Origin: a virus
Virus record (IMG/VR): IMGVR_UViG_3300023174_000065
DNA length: 64,000 nucleotides
Direction: 5' to 3' (one strand)
This document shows positions 1 to 8,286 of this stretch, one piece after another. Under the pieces are notes generated by a model that worked only from the letters and a program-made list of their open reading frames with translations, did not search any database and was not told the origin of the DNA. Position 1 is the stretch's first letter; each line of letters opens with the position of its first letter. Position numbers and translations under genes: made by a program.

Positions 1-258
1 GATTCATACACACTTGAATTAGCTATTGCAAATAGACAGCCAGTTGATATACTAAGAACATTGGCACATGAATTGGTACATGCAAAACAACATGAACAAC
101 ACATTGACATCGATCCTACCACAGGATCGCCTGAAGAGAACGAAGCTAATGCTGTTGCCGGTATTGTAATGCGTCACTTTAATAAAGAGTATCCTGAGTA
201 TCTATCTTTTCAACCACTAGAAGAAAGTAAATCAAATGGGCGGAAACGTATTTGCTGA
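1..258 (+). CDS. HExxH zinc-metallopeptidase-like protein, 5' truncated by window
   Basis: Frame is open from base 1 (DSYTLELAIANRQPVDILRTLAHELVHAKQ...EENEANAVAG): HExxH plus downstream ExxA motif. Confidence 0.6.
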   Translation, partial: DSYTLELAIANRQPVDILRTLAHELVHAKQHEQHIDIDPTTGSPEENEANAVAGIVMRHFNKEYPEYLSFQPLEESKSNGRKRIC

Positions 259-1177
259 TAAAACAAGCAGCATCAAGCGTGAACACATTACTCCAACTTT
301 AACAGCATATTTTGCTGAATTATCTAATTTATTTCCATCTAAAAAAGACATTTTTAATACAGATCACTTCATTGCCCTAGGTTCTGTCGGCAAGAAAGCT
401 GTAAGTGGTGATATTGATCTTGGCGTTAGCATTGACGATATTCTCAATCTGAATGATGTATATGAGTCTTTAGAAGAGTGGGGATTAGCTGTCGCAGAAT
501 TTGAGAATGAATTTATTCTACTCAAGAAACGGGCCCGATCTAGTAATGATAATCAACTGCGTATTAAAGCGTTTCTTAAGTTGTTGACCAAGTACATTAA
601 CGACCATGCTGAACACATCTTCTGCGACGGGAAGAAGGTAACAGATGGTAACATCTTTACACTGTATCCACAGGTTGATGAAAATAACTCCAGTTTAGGA
701 ACAGATGTACAAATTGACTGGATGGTAGGTAATCTTGAATGGCTGAAGTTTTCCTACTACTCGGCTGCATATCCCGAAGATTCAAATGTTAAAGGTCTGC
801 ATCGCACACAGTTGATGTTAAGTGCGTTTCAAATAGCAGGATTATCATTTGGGCATGTCGCAGGCGTTAAGGATAAGCACACAGGCGAGTTAGTGGCAGT
901 ATCACCAGCAGGTGCATTAGCTGTGCTTGGCTCACATCTTGGATTTAAAATTACCGAAGACGATGCAGAGGATTATTACAAGCTCTACATGTTGCTTGCT
1001 GAAAATCTTGATCCCGATCAAATGTATCGCTTGCTTTGTACTTACTTTAAGATTCTGGATTCAACCCGTACTACAATTCCGGATAATTTAAGAACGCAAT
1101 GGATTGATATGAAAAAATCACTAGGATTGACTGGAAAATTCTTACCAGAAGATGATTGGTTACGACAGTTTCTTTAG
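236..1177 (+). CDS. Pol-beta/PolX-superfamily nucleotidyltransferase 1
   Basis: LGSVGKKAVSGDIDL (GS-x8-DxD) and third acidic strand VQIDWM; 313 aa. Confidence 0.7.
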   Translation: MGGNVFADKTSSIKREHITPTLTAYFAELSNLFPSKKDIFNTDHFIALGSVGKKAVSGDIDLGVSIDDILNLNDVYESLEEWGLAVAEFENEFILLKKRARSSNDNQLRIKAFLKLLTKYINDHAEHIFCDGKKVTDGNIFTLYPQVDENNSSLGTDVQIDWMVGNLEWLKFSYYSAAYPEDSNVKGLHRTQLMLSAFQIAGLSFGHVAGVKDKHTGELVAVSPAGALAVLGSHLGFKITEDDAEDYYKLYMLLAENLDPDQMYRLLCTYFKILDSTRTTIPDNLRTQWIDMKKSLGLTGKFLPEDDWLRQFL

Positions 1178-1963
1178 TTTACACTTATCAAAATGATATC
1201 CAGACATTCCTGAGACATCGCCCGTTTTTAAACAATAAGGACATGTTACAGTTTTTCTTTTGTTTTTATGTTTCATTTTTCTACCTTTGTTAACTCCTAC
1301 TAATTCACCAGTTTGTATTCGAGGATCATCTGTCATTACCATGAAAATATTACCTTCACTGTCGCGAACATTTGTTCTGCCCTTGTTAACTCCTACTAAT
1401 TCACCAGTTTGTATTCGAGGATCATCAAAAATTACCCTATGAGTCTGACCATTGGCATCTTTTACCGCAACGAATCCTTTATTTTTTTCACTTATTTTCT
1501 TATTAGTAATTTCTGAATTTACTTTTCCTCGATGCTGATCGCCTATCAGTTTTTTACGTTCATCGGTATGCTTATGGCCTGGCTTTCCTTTTTTTGATTT
1601 GCTTATTCGTTGCCTAGCGCCAATATCATGGATTCCGCTGTATACTATTTTGCCAGATATGTCATTGTATTGCTTATTCATGCATAATGGATTAGTAATA
1701 TGCTCTTTAATTAACTCTTGCTCAACTCTATAGATTTCTTTATAATTGTCATGTGACAGCAAAATATCTATTATAAATAGTTCCGGCGTATTTTTGAACA
1801 TTTTTTTCAATTTACCGGATGTAAAATATTTTATGCCAATATCCTGATTTGGAGTTAGATTTAGTTTAACATTCTGATATCTAGACCCAATGTAAAACTC
1901 TCCAGTATTGTTATTAGTTATTTTATACACATATGGTAAAATTAAATTGTTATAATTATTCAT
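1160..1963 (-). mobile_element. Free-standing GIY-YIG homing endonuclease with NUMOD3-like region and C-terminal Zn finger
   Basis: YVYKITNNNTGEFYIGS; basic HTDERKKLIG..HRGK segments; CPYC...HFDKC; antisense to the operon; own TAAATA (1979-1984) and AGGAG RBS. Confidence 0.85.
1287..1426. repeat. 44-bp exact direct repeat inside the endonuclease gene (1287-1330 and 1383-1426)
   Basis: TTGTTAACTCCTACTAATTCACCAGTTTGTATTCGAGGATCATC occurs twice with 96-bp period, within the duplicated peptide DDPRIQTGELVGVNKGR. Confidence 0.9.
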
Positions 1964-2016
1964 AATTTCTCCTAAATTTATTTATCAACATACCCGACAA
2001 TTTACATATTTTTATT

Positions 2017-2121
2017 GACATTCCTGACAACTTAACATATCATTGGTTGAACTACAAAGATGAACTAGGGTTGACTGGCAAATTCCTGCCTGAGACTTCT
2101 AAGCTGAAGGAACTGATATGA
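2017..2121 (+). pseudogene. Orphaned original 3' end of nucleotidyltransferase 1
   Basis: Translates DIPDNLTYHWLNYKDELGLTGKFLPETSKLKELI*; 18/33 identical to the current C-terminus; its TGA overlaps the ATG at 2118. Confidence 0.85.
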
Positions 2122-2987
2122 GCGGTGTAACTGGTGCAGAACGAGTGCGGAGTCGTGAAGACTTTGCACAGTTTGTCAAAGAGTACGAGGAAGTAATCTC
2201 TAACTTTCTCGGTTATATGTCTATGACTACTTCTGGCAGTTATAATTCCGACCTTAGCAAAGATACATTCGGCGACATCGATCTAATCATCCATTTTGAT
2301 ACATGGAACGATAAGAAGTTGCTCAAGCAAATGCTTGTTAAGTATTTTGAAACGCTACCTAATGATGTAATTGTGCCGTTTACATCTCCAAAGTATACCG
2401 GGAAGCGTACCAATAATACTGGAGAACTTGTATCAGTTCGGTTTCATAGCAAGATACTAGGGTATTCTGTGCAGATTGATAACATTGTTGCACTCTCCGA
2501 AGAAGAGATGGAGTTCAAGCGCGAGTTTCTTGATATGCCTGCTGAAAAACAGGGCCTTGTGCTAGGGCTTGTTAAGGTTGCTGCAATTGAACACGATCCA
2601 GCAGTAGCGTTAGCTCTATTAGAGATAGATGAAGTTCCAATTAATCCAGGCAGAAATGCCGAATGGGAATTTTCGTTAAGCAGTTCCAAGCTAGAGCTAC
2701 GAATGGTTCATTACAAGCCTGGTACAACTGAACAGTTGCAACACGATATCTACTGGATCAGTCAGAATTGGAATGATGTAAAGAAACTTCTTTGGCAGTA
2801 CGATCTTGACAAGAGCTTTGATCAACTGCTATTAGACGTAAAGAATACTATTGTAAATCCTCGTAGTGCAAAGCGTATTATGGGCTTGTTCAAGAGTATG
2901 GTCACAGTTAAGTCAGGTGAAGTTGGCACACCTAAAGGTGCTAACAAGGAAAAGTCATTGTCAAAGGTAATCTTATGTCTAGCATAG
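2118..2987 (+). CDS. Pol-beta/PolX-superfamily nucleotidyltransferase 2
   Basis: SGSYNSDLSKDTFGDIDLII (GS...DxD) and VQIDNI; 289 aa. Confidence 0.7.
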   Translation: MSGVTGAERVRSREDFAQFVKEYEEVISNFLGYMSMTTSGSYNSDLSKDTFGDIDLIIHFDTWNDKKLLKQMLVKYFETLPNDVIVPFTSPKYTGKRTNNTGELVSVRFHSKILGYSVQIDNIVALSEEEMEFKREFLDMPAEKQGLVLGLVKVAAIEHDPAVALALLEIDEVPINPGRNAEWEFSLSSSKLELRMVHYKPGTTEQLQHDIYWISQNWNDVKKLLWQYDLDKSFDQLLLDVKNTIVNPRSAKRIMGLFKSMVTVKSGEVGTPKGANKEKSLSKVILCLA

Positions 2988-3526
2988 TATTTGCATTTGG
3001 TCGATTTCAGCCGCCTACAATTGCACACGGAATGATGTTCCAGCTGATTAAGAATTATGCTGCGTCGGAAAATGCCGATTACGCAATCTTTGTGAGCAAG
3101 ACACACGACAAGAAGAAAAATCCGCTGACAATTGATGTTAAGATTGAGTTTCTGCGTGAAATATTTCCCGGTATTAACTTTATCGAGTGCAACGATACTG
3201 TTCGCACTCCTGTAGAGGCTGCTAAATTTCTAAATGAGAAATACAAGAATTTAGTATTCGTTGCAGGTGGTGATCGTATTGACACATTGGGCAATGTTAT
3301 CAAAAAACAAAACGGCATTGACTATATATATGACTCAATTGAACTATTGTCTATCGGCAAGCGCGATTCTGATAGCGATGGCATAGAGGGCGTAAGTGGC
3401 ACTGCTGCTAGGAAAGCTGCACTAGATGACAATTTTGCAGCATTTCGTAAGATGATTCCAGACACCATGGATGACAATCGTGTAAAATTTCTCATGGAAA
3501 TGATAAGTACTAATATACCTTTATAA
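2975..3526 (+). CDS. Cytidyltransferase/NMNAT-like (HxGH-class) nucleotidyltransferase
   Basis: FGRFQPPTIAH, KKNPL, VAGGDR, GVSGTAARKAA motifs typical of T4-like phage cytidyltransferases. Confidence 0.8.
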   Translation: MSSIVFAFGRFQPPTIAHGMMFQLIKNYAASENADYAIFVSKTHDKKKNPLTIDVKIEFLREIFPGINFIECNDTVRTPVEAAKFLNEKYKNLVFVAGGDRIDTLGNVIKKQNGIDYIYDSIELLSIGKRDSDSDGIEGVSGTAARKAALDDNFAAFRKMIPDTMDDNRVKFLMEMISTNIPL

Positions 3527-3541
3527 AGGAAGTATTTGTAT

Positions 3542-4864
3542 ATGAGATCCAACGAGTTTACTTTTTTCACTAATACTGATGAGGCAATAGAGCATAATTC
3601 AGAAAATCCAGATGATCCAATGATCACGGGTCATCTGGGAATAAATCCTGCAAAATTATCATACAGAATAAAACAAGCAAAGTCGATGATAGCAGAATTA
3701 GCAGAACGAGCACAATCTGCTGGTCCAGCTGAATGGCGCGTGATTGCCCATCACATGAAAGAACTTGAAATGAATATTGAGCAAATTCGTCATGCATATG
3801 AGGAAATGGACAAGAAGTATTTTGGCGAATCAATCTATGAAGATTGGCAAAAAGCCAATCGAAAAGATAGAACTCCAGGCATGAGTAAAAAAGCAGTAAA
3901 GGCATATCGTAGAGAAAATCCCGGTTCTAAGTTAAGCACCGCGGTAACCACCAAACCAAGCAAATTAAAAAAGGGATCAAAGGCAGCAAAACGCCGTAAA
4001 TCATTCTGTGCTAGAATGAAGGGCATGAAGAAAGCCCATGCGAGTGCCAAGACAAAGCGTGATCCTAATAGTCCAATCAACAAGTCACTTCGTCGCTGGC
4101 ACTGCGAAAGCATTGAAGAAATGCGTGACATGATCATTAATGCAGAACTGAAAATAACTGCGTTAAAAGAAGCAGCTAATCCAGCACAACAAGCTGCCAT
4201 TGCAATTAATATGAAGAAGAAAGGCAAAAAACCACATAACGTGGAGGAAAGCGAAAAAAGAATGAGCCGGGCAGCCAAGGGATATGAAAAATATGGCAAG
4301 CAAGGTATGATGGCGTTAGCAAAAGCAGGCCGTGATGGCGCTAGTGAAGAAGAACTTGATACAATCAGAGACAAGCACGACAAATATAATGAATCATGGA
4401 GTGCCAAGTATAAAAAATCAATCAACTGCTCTCACCCAAAAGGATTTAGTCAAAAGGCGCATTGTGCAGGCAAAAAGAAGCACAATGAATCTGTTGAAAT
4501 GGAAATGACTTGCCCGGAATGTGGCATGTGCAAAACACATGGCAATCTTAATGAAATTAAGAAGGGCCAAAAAGATTCAAACGGCGTTACTAAATGTTGG
4601 CCTGGATATCAAGCTAAAGGTACTAAAACTGGCAGAAATGGCGGCCAAGTACGCAACTGTGTCAAAGTAGCCGAAGAAAGCAAAGATTCAGAAGTAAAAG
4701 AAGCAAAGAAGAAAACTTTGCGCAATACAAATCCTTGTTGGAAAGGATATCATCCAGTTGGAACTAAAGAAAAAAATGGCAGAACTGTTCCAAATTGTGT
4801 GCCAGTTGATGAATCTTATGAAAATGAACTCAGAAGGTTAATAAAAATATTGGAACAAAAATGA
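3542..4864 (+). CDS. Modular basic/Cys-rich protein, probable capsid-internal polyprotein
   Basis: Likely ATG at 3542 (MRSNEF); short modules separated by xxE sites; KRRKSFCARMKG...SLRRWHC module and two CWxGY...NCV repeats. Confidence 0.6.
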   Translation: MRSNEFTFFTNTDEAIEHNSENPDDPMITGHLGINPAKLSYRIKQAKSMIAELAERAQSAGPAEWRVIAHHMKELEMNIEQIRHAYEEMDKKYFGESIYEDWQKANRKDRTPGMSKKAVKAYRRENPGSKLSTAVTTKPSKLKKGSKAAKRRKSFCARMKGMKKAHASAKTKRDPNSPINKSLRRWHCESIEEMRDMIINAELKITALKEAANPAQQAAIAINMKKKGKKPHNVEESEKRMSRAAKGYEKYGKQGMMALAKAGRDGASEEELDTIRDKHDKYNESWSAKYKKSINCSHPKGFSQKAHCAGKKKHNESVEMEMTCPECGMCKTHGNLNEIKKGQKDSNGVTKCWPGYQAKGTKTGRNGGQVRNCVKVAEESKDSEVKEAKKKTLRNTNPCWKGYHPVGTKEKNGRTVPNCVPVDESYENELRRLIKILEQK

Positions 4865-5139
4865 AACAATATCGAATAACTTCTGAAAACATTTTACAAG
4901 ATTCGGAAGATGATGCACATCTATCACCAGATGACCCGATTCAAGAACTTAAAATAGCCAGCTACCTTGGAGGTCTGGGATCAGAAGCACGACTAGAAGA
5001 ATACAGAGCTACTCAACTCAAAATAAATAATGCTGAAATTTCTATGTCTGGTCTAGAAAAACGTCAGTTTGAACGCAATAACAACATAAAACCAGGAGAT
5101 CCAGAATGGTTTCAATTATGGTTTGGAAAAAATAAATGA
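4861..5139 (+). CDS. Hypothetical phage protein (IKPGDPEWFQLWF C-terminus)
   Basis: 92-aa ORF with 4-bp ATGA overlaps on both sides. Confidence 0.7.
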   Translation: MKQYRITSENILQDSEDDAHLSPDDPIQELKIASYLGGLGSEARLEEYRATQLKINNAEISMSGLEKRQFERNNNIKPGDPEWFQLWFGKNK

Positions 5140-5537
5140 GAGCACGAGAATTTATAAATGAAGCCGACCATCAAGCCGATTTTAAAAAACTAGATCCAGG
5201 CGAAGCTGCGGCATTAAAAGGTGCTATCAGTATGCCCGGCATCAGCATAAACAAAGCAAATGGAAGTCCCTATGAACAATATCGTTTTGGTCTTGCACTA
5301 GCAGGTGCTCCTGATTATCCAACTAAAGCAGCAGGCGCTATTGCTGGTGATCCTCTTCTAACAACTTATACAGATGCAGAATTAGAAATAATTAATTCTG
5401 CTGCAAAAATGGTAGGAGCAGGACAAGTTAAAAGATTAACTACTAACCGCAGCGAAGAACTTAGTAATACCAACACTGTTAGTCCAGTTGCTGACTGGAT
5501 GAAAAACTCCAACTCAACTAAAAAGAAGAAATCATGA
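5136..5537 (+). CDS. Hypothetical protein with capsid-targeting-like N-terminus (MRAREFINE)
   Basis: 133-aa ORF, ATGA-coupled; N-terminus resembles T4 internal-protein leader MKTYQEFIAE. Confidence 0.65.
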   Translation: MRAREFINEADHQADFKKLDPGEAAALKGAISMPGISINKANGSPYEQYRFGLALAGAPDYPTKAAGAIAGDPLLTTYTDAELEIINSAAKMVGAGQVKRLTTNRSEELSNTNTVSPVADWMKNSNSTKKKKS

Positions 5538-6346
5538 AAGAAAAACGACCAGAAGTATATGTGGACATGGACGGCGTATTGGCAGACTTTTTTGCCGAAT
5601 ACGCCAAACTGGCCGGTATCAAATCAGGCAATTATCGAGATATTCCACCGGCAAAAACTGATCCAACCTTGAATAAAATGATTGGCACAGATTTCTTTGC
5701 TAGATTGCCAAAATTTGCAAGTGCGGATCAACTTATCAAAATGGTTACCAAACTATACGGAAGCTATCATATATGTTCTAGTCCGCTGCGTGGTGATCAT
5801 GAAAATTCAGAAGAACAGAAGAAAATCTGGATTAAAAAGCACCTAAGTCCAGCACCAGCATCTATTATAATAACGCCAAATAAAGCAAAGTATGCTGTTC
5901 AAAAAGATGGCACTCCTAATATACTAATTGATGATCGTGGCAGCAATATTTCTGCATGGGAAGCAAAGGGCGGAATTGGTATCAAATATCAAGCGGACGA
6001 AGATGGCCTAGAAAAAATAGTTGATGGCATAACAAGAGCACGAAAAATATTAAAAGGTGAGTTAGAACATATTCCTCAAGAGTTGCAATCTAAGAATCTC
6101 ACAACTGGCAAATTAGTAGCTAAAAGTGGTCATAATGACGACCACGGCGAGGAAGTCGAAGAAGCAGATGATATTAATCCACGATTTCAACAGAATCCAA
6201 TAATGGCCAAAGAATCTGCAAGCGCGGGCGGTACATCTGCAGGATCAGTTGCCAGTTCAACTGCTCAAGGCGGAGGCTGGTTATTTGGTGGCACAATAGG
6301 TGCACCTAACTCAAAAAAGAAAAAAGCCAAGGTGTTAAAGAGATGA
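5534..6346 (+). CDS. HAD-superfamily 5'(3')-nucleotidase-like protein with low-complexity C-terminal extension
   Basis: VYVDMDGVLADF (DxD motif I), KAKYA, ILIDDRGSNI..W...GGIGI. Confidence 0.85.
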   Translation: MKEKRPEVYVDMDGVLADFFAEYAKLAGIKSGNYRDIPPAKTDPTLNKMIGTDFFARLPKFASADQLIKMVTKLYGSYHICSSPLRGDHENSEEQKKIWIKKHLSPAPASIIITPNKAKYAVQKDGTPNILIDDRGSNISAWEAKGGIGIKYQADEDGLEKIVDGITRARKILKGELEHIPQELQSKNLTTGKLVAKSGHNDDHGEEVEEADDINPRFQQNPIMAKESASAGGTSAGSVASSTAQGGGWLFGGTIGAPNSKKKKAKVLKR

Positions 6347-7320
6347 ATAAAAAGAATAAAATAACAGTTCCAACGGTTAAGCCAAGAAATCCGGTTGCAG
6401 GATCTATGCAACAAAGTGGTGCCGGAACACATAAAGACAAGAAAGCAGCAATGAAGCGGGGCGAGACCAAACATAAAAAAACAGAGTATTTTGAAGATCT
6501 TGACCGTCGTCTGAATAAAAACTTAAAGGAATTTCAAGATAGAATGGCCGGGGTTGGAATGGGAGACTATAGACCAAGTGAATCATTTGATGGAGGCGGA
6601 GAATACAACGACGAAGTTGGAATGGTTAAAAATAATCTCATCACAATGGTACATGCTATTAAAGAATTATTGGAAATTCTAAAAACCAATGAAAATCTTC
6701 CTGAATGGGTGGAAGAAAAAATTTCAATATCAAAGAGTATGTTAATCACTGCTAAAGACTATATGCTAAGTCAACATGCAAGTGGAGAAATATACACAAT
6801 GGAAGCTAAATCCGCCACTAAAGTTTTGAGAATTGGCGACGAATGGCAAGTTCATATTGATAATAAAATTGTAAGAATTCCCGCAGATGAAGCATCGTCT
6901 AGAGAAGAAGCAATTGAGCAGGCCAAGCATAATTTAGGCATCAACGAGGGATGGGGCAAAGCTCTCCTAGGCACTGCTGCATTAATTGCATCTATTACTG
7001 GAATTAATCATATGCAGGCACAGCATCTCATGCGCAGTGATCCACAACTAGCAAAACTTGCGCAGTTTCGTGAACGAGCAGTAAAGTTGGGAGATGAGGA
7101 AAAAATAAAAGAACTTGATCATAGGATCCAAGTTACACTAGATCATTTGAGAATAACCGGCGATGAAGTACGCGATGATTCTGGCAAACCGATCGATCCT
7201 ATTTATGAAGAACCCGTAAACGAATGGACACATGATTCTCTTGCTGCAAAGCTGTTTGAACAAGAACTTACTTATGAGGATCAACTAATGGGAAATTTAA
7301 ATAGGAAATTAAAAAGATGA
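6343..7320 (+). CDS. Modular hypothetical protein, probable capsid-internal polyprotein
   Basis: 325 aa; basic N-module (KPRNPV..GAGTHKDKK), EVGMVK...LPEWV module, segments bounded by LKE/TME/INE/VNE. Confidence 0.6.
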   Translation: MNKKNKITVPTVKPRNPVAGSMQQSGAGTHKDKKAAMKRGETKHKKTEYFEDLDRRLNKNLKEFQDRMAGVGMGDYRPSESFDGGGEYNDEVGMVKNNLITMVHAIKELLEILKTNENLPEWVEEKISISKSMLITAKDYMLSQHASGEIYTMEAKSATKVLRIGDEWQVHIDNKIVRIPADEASSREEAIEQAKHNLGINEGWGKALLGTAALIASITGINHMQAQHLMRSDPQLAKLAQFRERAVKLGDEEKIKELDHRIQVTLDHLRITGDEVRDDSGKPIDPIYEEPVNEWTHDSLAAKLFEQELTYEDQLMGNLNRKLKR

Positions 7321-7763
7321 GTGATCTCACAGAAGCAGCAAAGGTTGCATTTTCTTCAGAATTTGCGTTTTATTTAAAAGCACACAATTATCACTGGAAT
7401 ATTGAAAGCTCGGACTTTTTTGAATATCATGAATTATTTGGAAAAATCTATGAGGAAGTTTTAGATCATATTGATAATTTTGCAGAAAAAATCAGATCAC
7501 TGGACGCATATGTTCCCGGTAGCTTTTCAAAATTTAGCGTTCTAAGTCAAATAGAAGACGAGAATGGTATTCCAGATCAAATTACAATGGTAAAGGTGCT
7601 ACTAAATGATAGTGATCATATGGTCAAAATACTAAAGGTAGTTTACGACTTGGCTGAACAAGAAGGCGAGCATGGCTTCTCCAATTTTCTTGCTGAAAGA
7701 ATGGACGCTCATAGAACACATTCTTGGATGCTAAGAGCAAGTATAAAGCGATCAAATTCTTGA
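7317..7763 (+). CDS. dps: Dps/ferritin-like DNA protection protein
   Basis: KAHNYHWNI, HELFGKIYEE, DNFAEKIR, HRTHSWML ferroxidase-centre motifs; 148 aa. Confidence 0.9.
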   Translation: MSDLTEAAKVAFSSEFAFYLKAHNYHWNIESSDFFEYHELFGKIYEEVLDHIDNFAEKIRSLDAYVPGSFSKFSVLSQIEDENGIPDQITMVKVLLNDSDHMVKILKVVYDLAEQEGEHGFSNFLAERMDAHRTHSWMLRASIKRSNS

Positions 7764-7788
7764 CTTTCAACAATAAATCACATATAAT
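7760..7788 (+). promoter_or_regulatory. sigma70-type promoter
   Basis: TTGACT-17 bp-TATAAT upstream of ORF 7809 and the polymerase. Confidence 0.8.
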
Positions 7789-7808
7789 GTTGGTCAAGGA
7801 GAAAAATA

Positions 7809-8078
7809 ATGAGTAAAGTTTTTGGTAATGCAGAGCAAGCAAAGCTTAAGCAGTTAATTTCGGAAGGCGTTACCGTTTTGCAGGAAATCGAAGACCTAAC
7901 CAATGGTTTAAAAGACACAATCAAGGCAGTAGCCGAAGAATTAGAAATTAAGCCTGCACTAATCAAGCGAGCTATCAAGGTTGCACAAAATGGCAACTGG
8001 AGCGATGTTTACACCGACTTTGATACACTTGAATCGATTGTTAGCATAACCGGCCATGATAACCGAGATCAAATTTAA
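7809..8078 (+). CDS. Small dsDNA-binding/regulatory protein (T4 DsbA/GapR-like)
   Basis: 89 aa helical; LQEIEDLTNGLKDTIKAVAEELEIKPALIKRAIK pattern; AGGAG RBS. Confidence 0.5.
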   Translation: MSKVFGNAEQAKLKQLISEGVTVLQEIEDLTNGLKDTIKAVAEELEIKPALIKRAIKVAQNGNWSDVYTDFDTLESIVSITGHDNRDQI

Positions 8079-8097
8079 TTAATATTTAAGCCATGGT

Positions 8098-8148
8098 GTG
8101 ATGAGCCATAAATCATTATGAAGATGGTTTTCCGGCCACAAGCGGAAA
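8098..8148 (+). promoter_or_regulatory. Tandem hairpins with GCCAYAA loops upstream of DNA polymerase (candidate operator)
   Basis: GTGAT-gagccataa-ATCAT (8098-8116) and TTTCCG-gccacaag-CGGAAA (8129-8148). Confidence 0.5.
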
Positions 8149-8160
8149 GAAAGAACTATA

Positions 8161-8286
8161 ATGATAAAAGAACAAAGAGAATTTCTGTGCGAATCTTGCA
8201 TAGACATAGATTACTGCTCAACGCGGTGCAAACTTCAAGAACAATTAGACGAAAACGTTGCTGACATTCGAGGAGAATCCGAATGA
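8161..8286 (+). CDS. 41-aa Cys-rich microprotein coupled to DNA polymerase (below ORF-track cut-off)
   Basis: MIKEQREFLCESCIDIDYCSTRCKLQEQLDENVADIRGESE*; C-x2-C-x5-C-x3-C; stop overlaps pol ATG (ATGA). Confidence 0.5.
   Translation: MIKEQREFLCESCIDIDYCSTRCKLQEQLDENVADIRGESE

Noticed and set aside
1076-2019. Group I intron interrupting NTase 1
   Set aside because: The insert is almost entirely the replacement exon plus an antisense ORF; there is no room for, or sign of, a ribozyme core, and the gene already has an in-frame C-terminus
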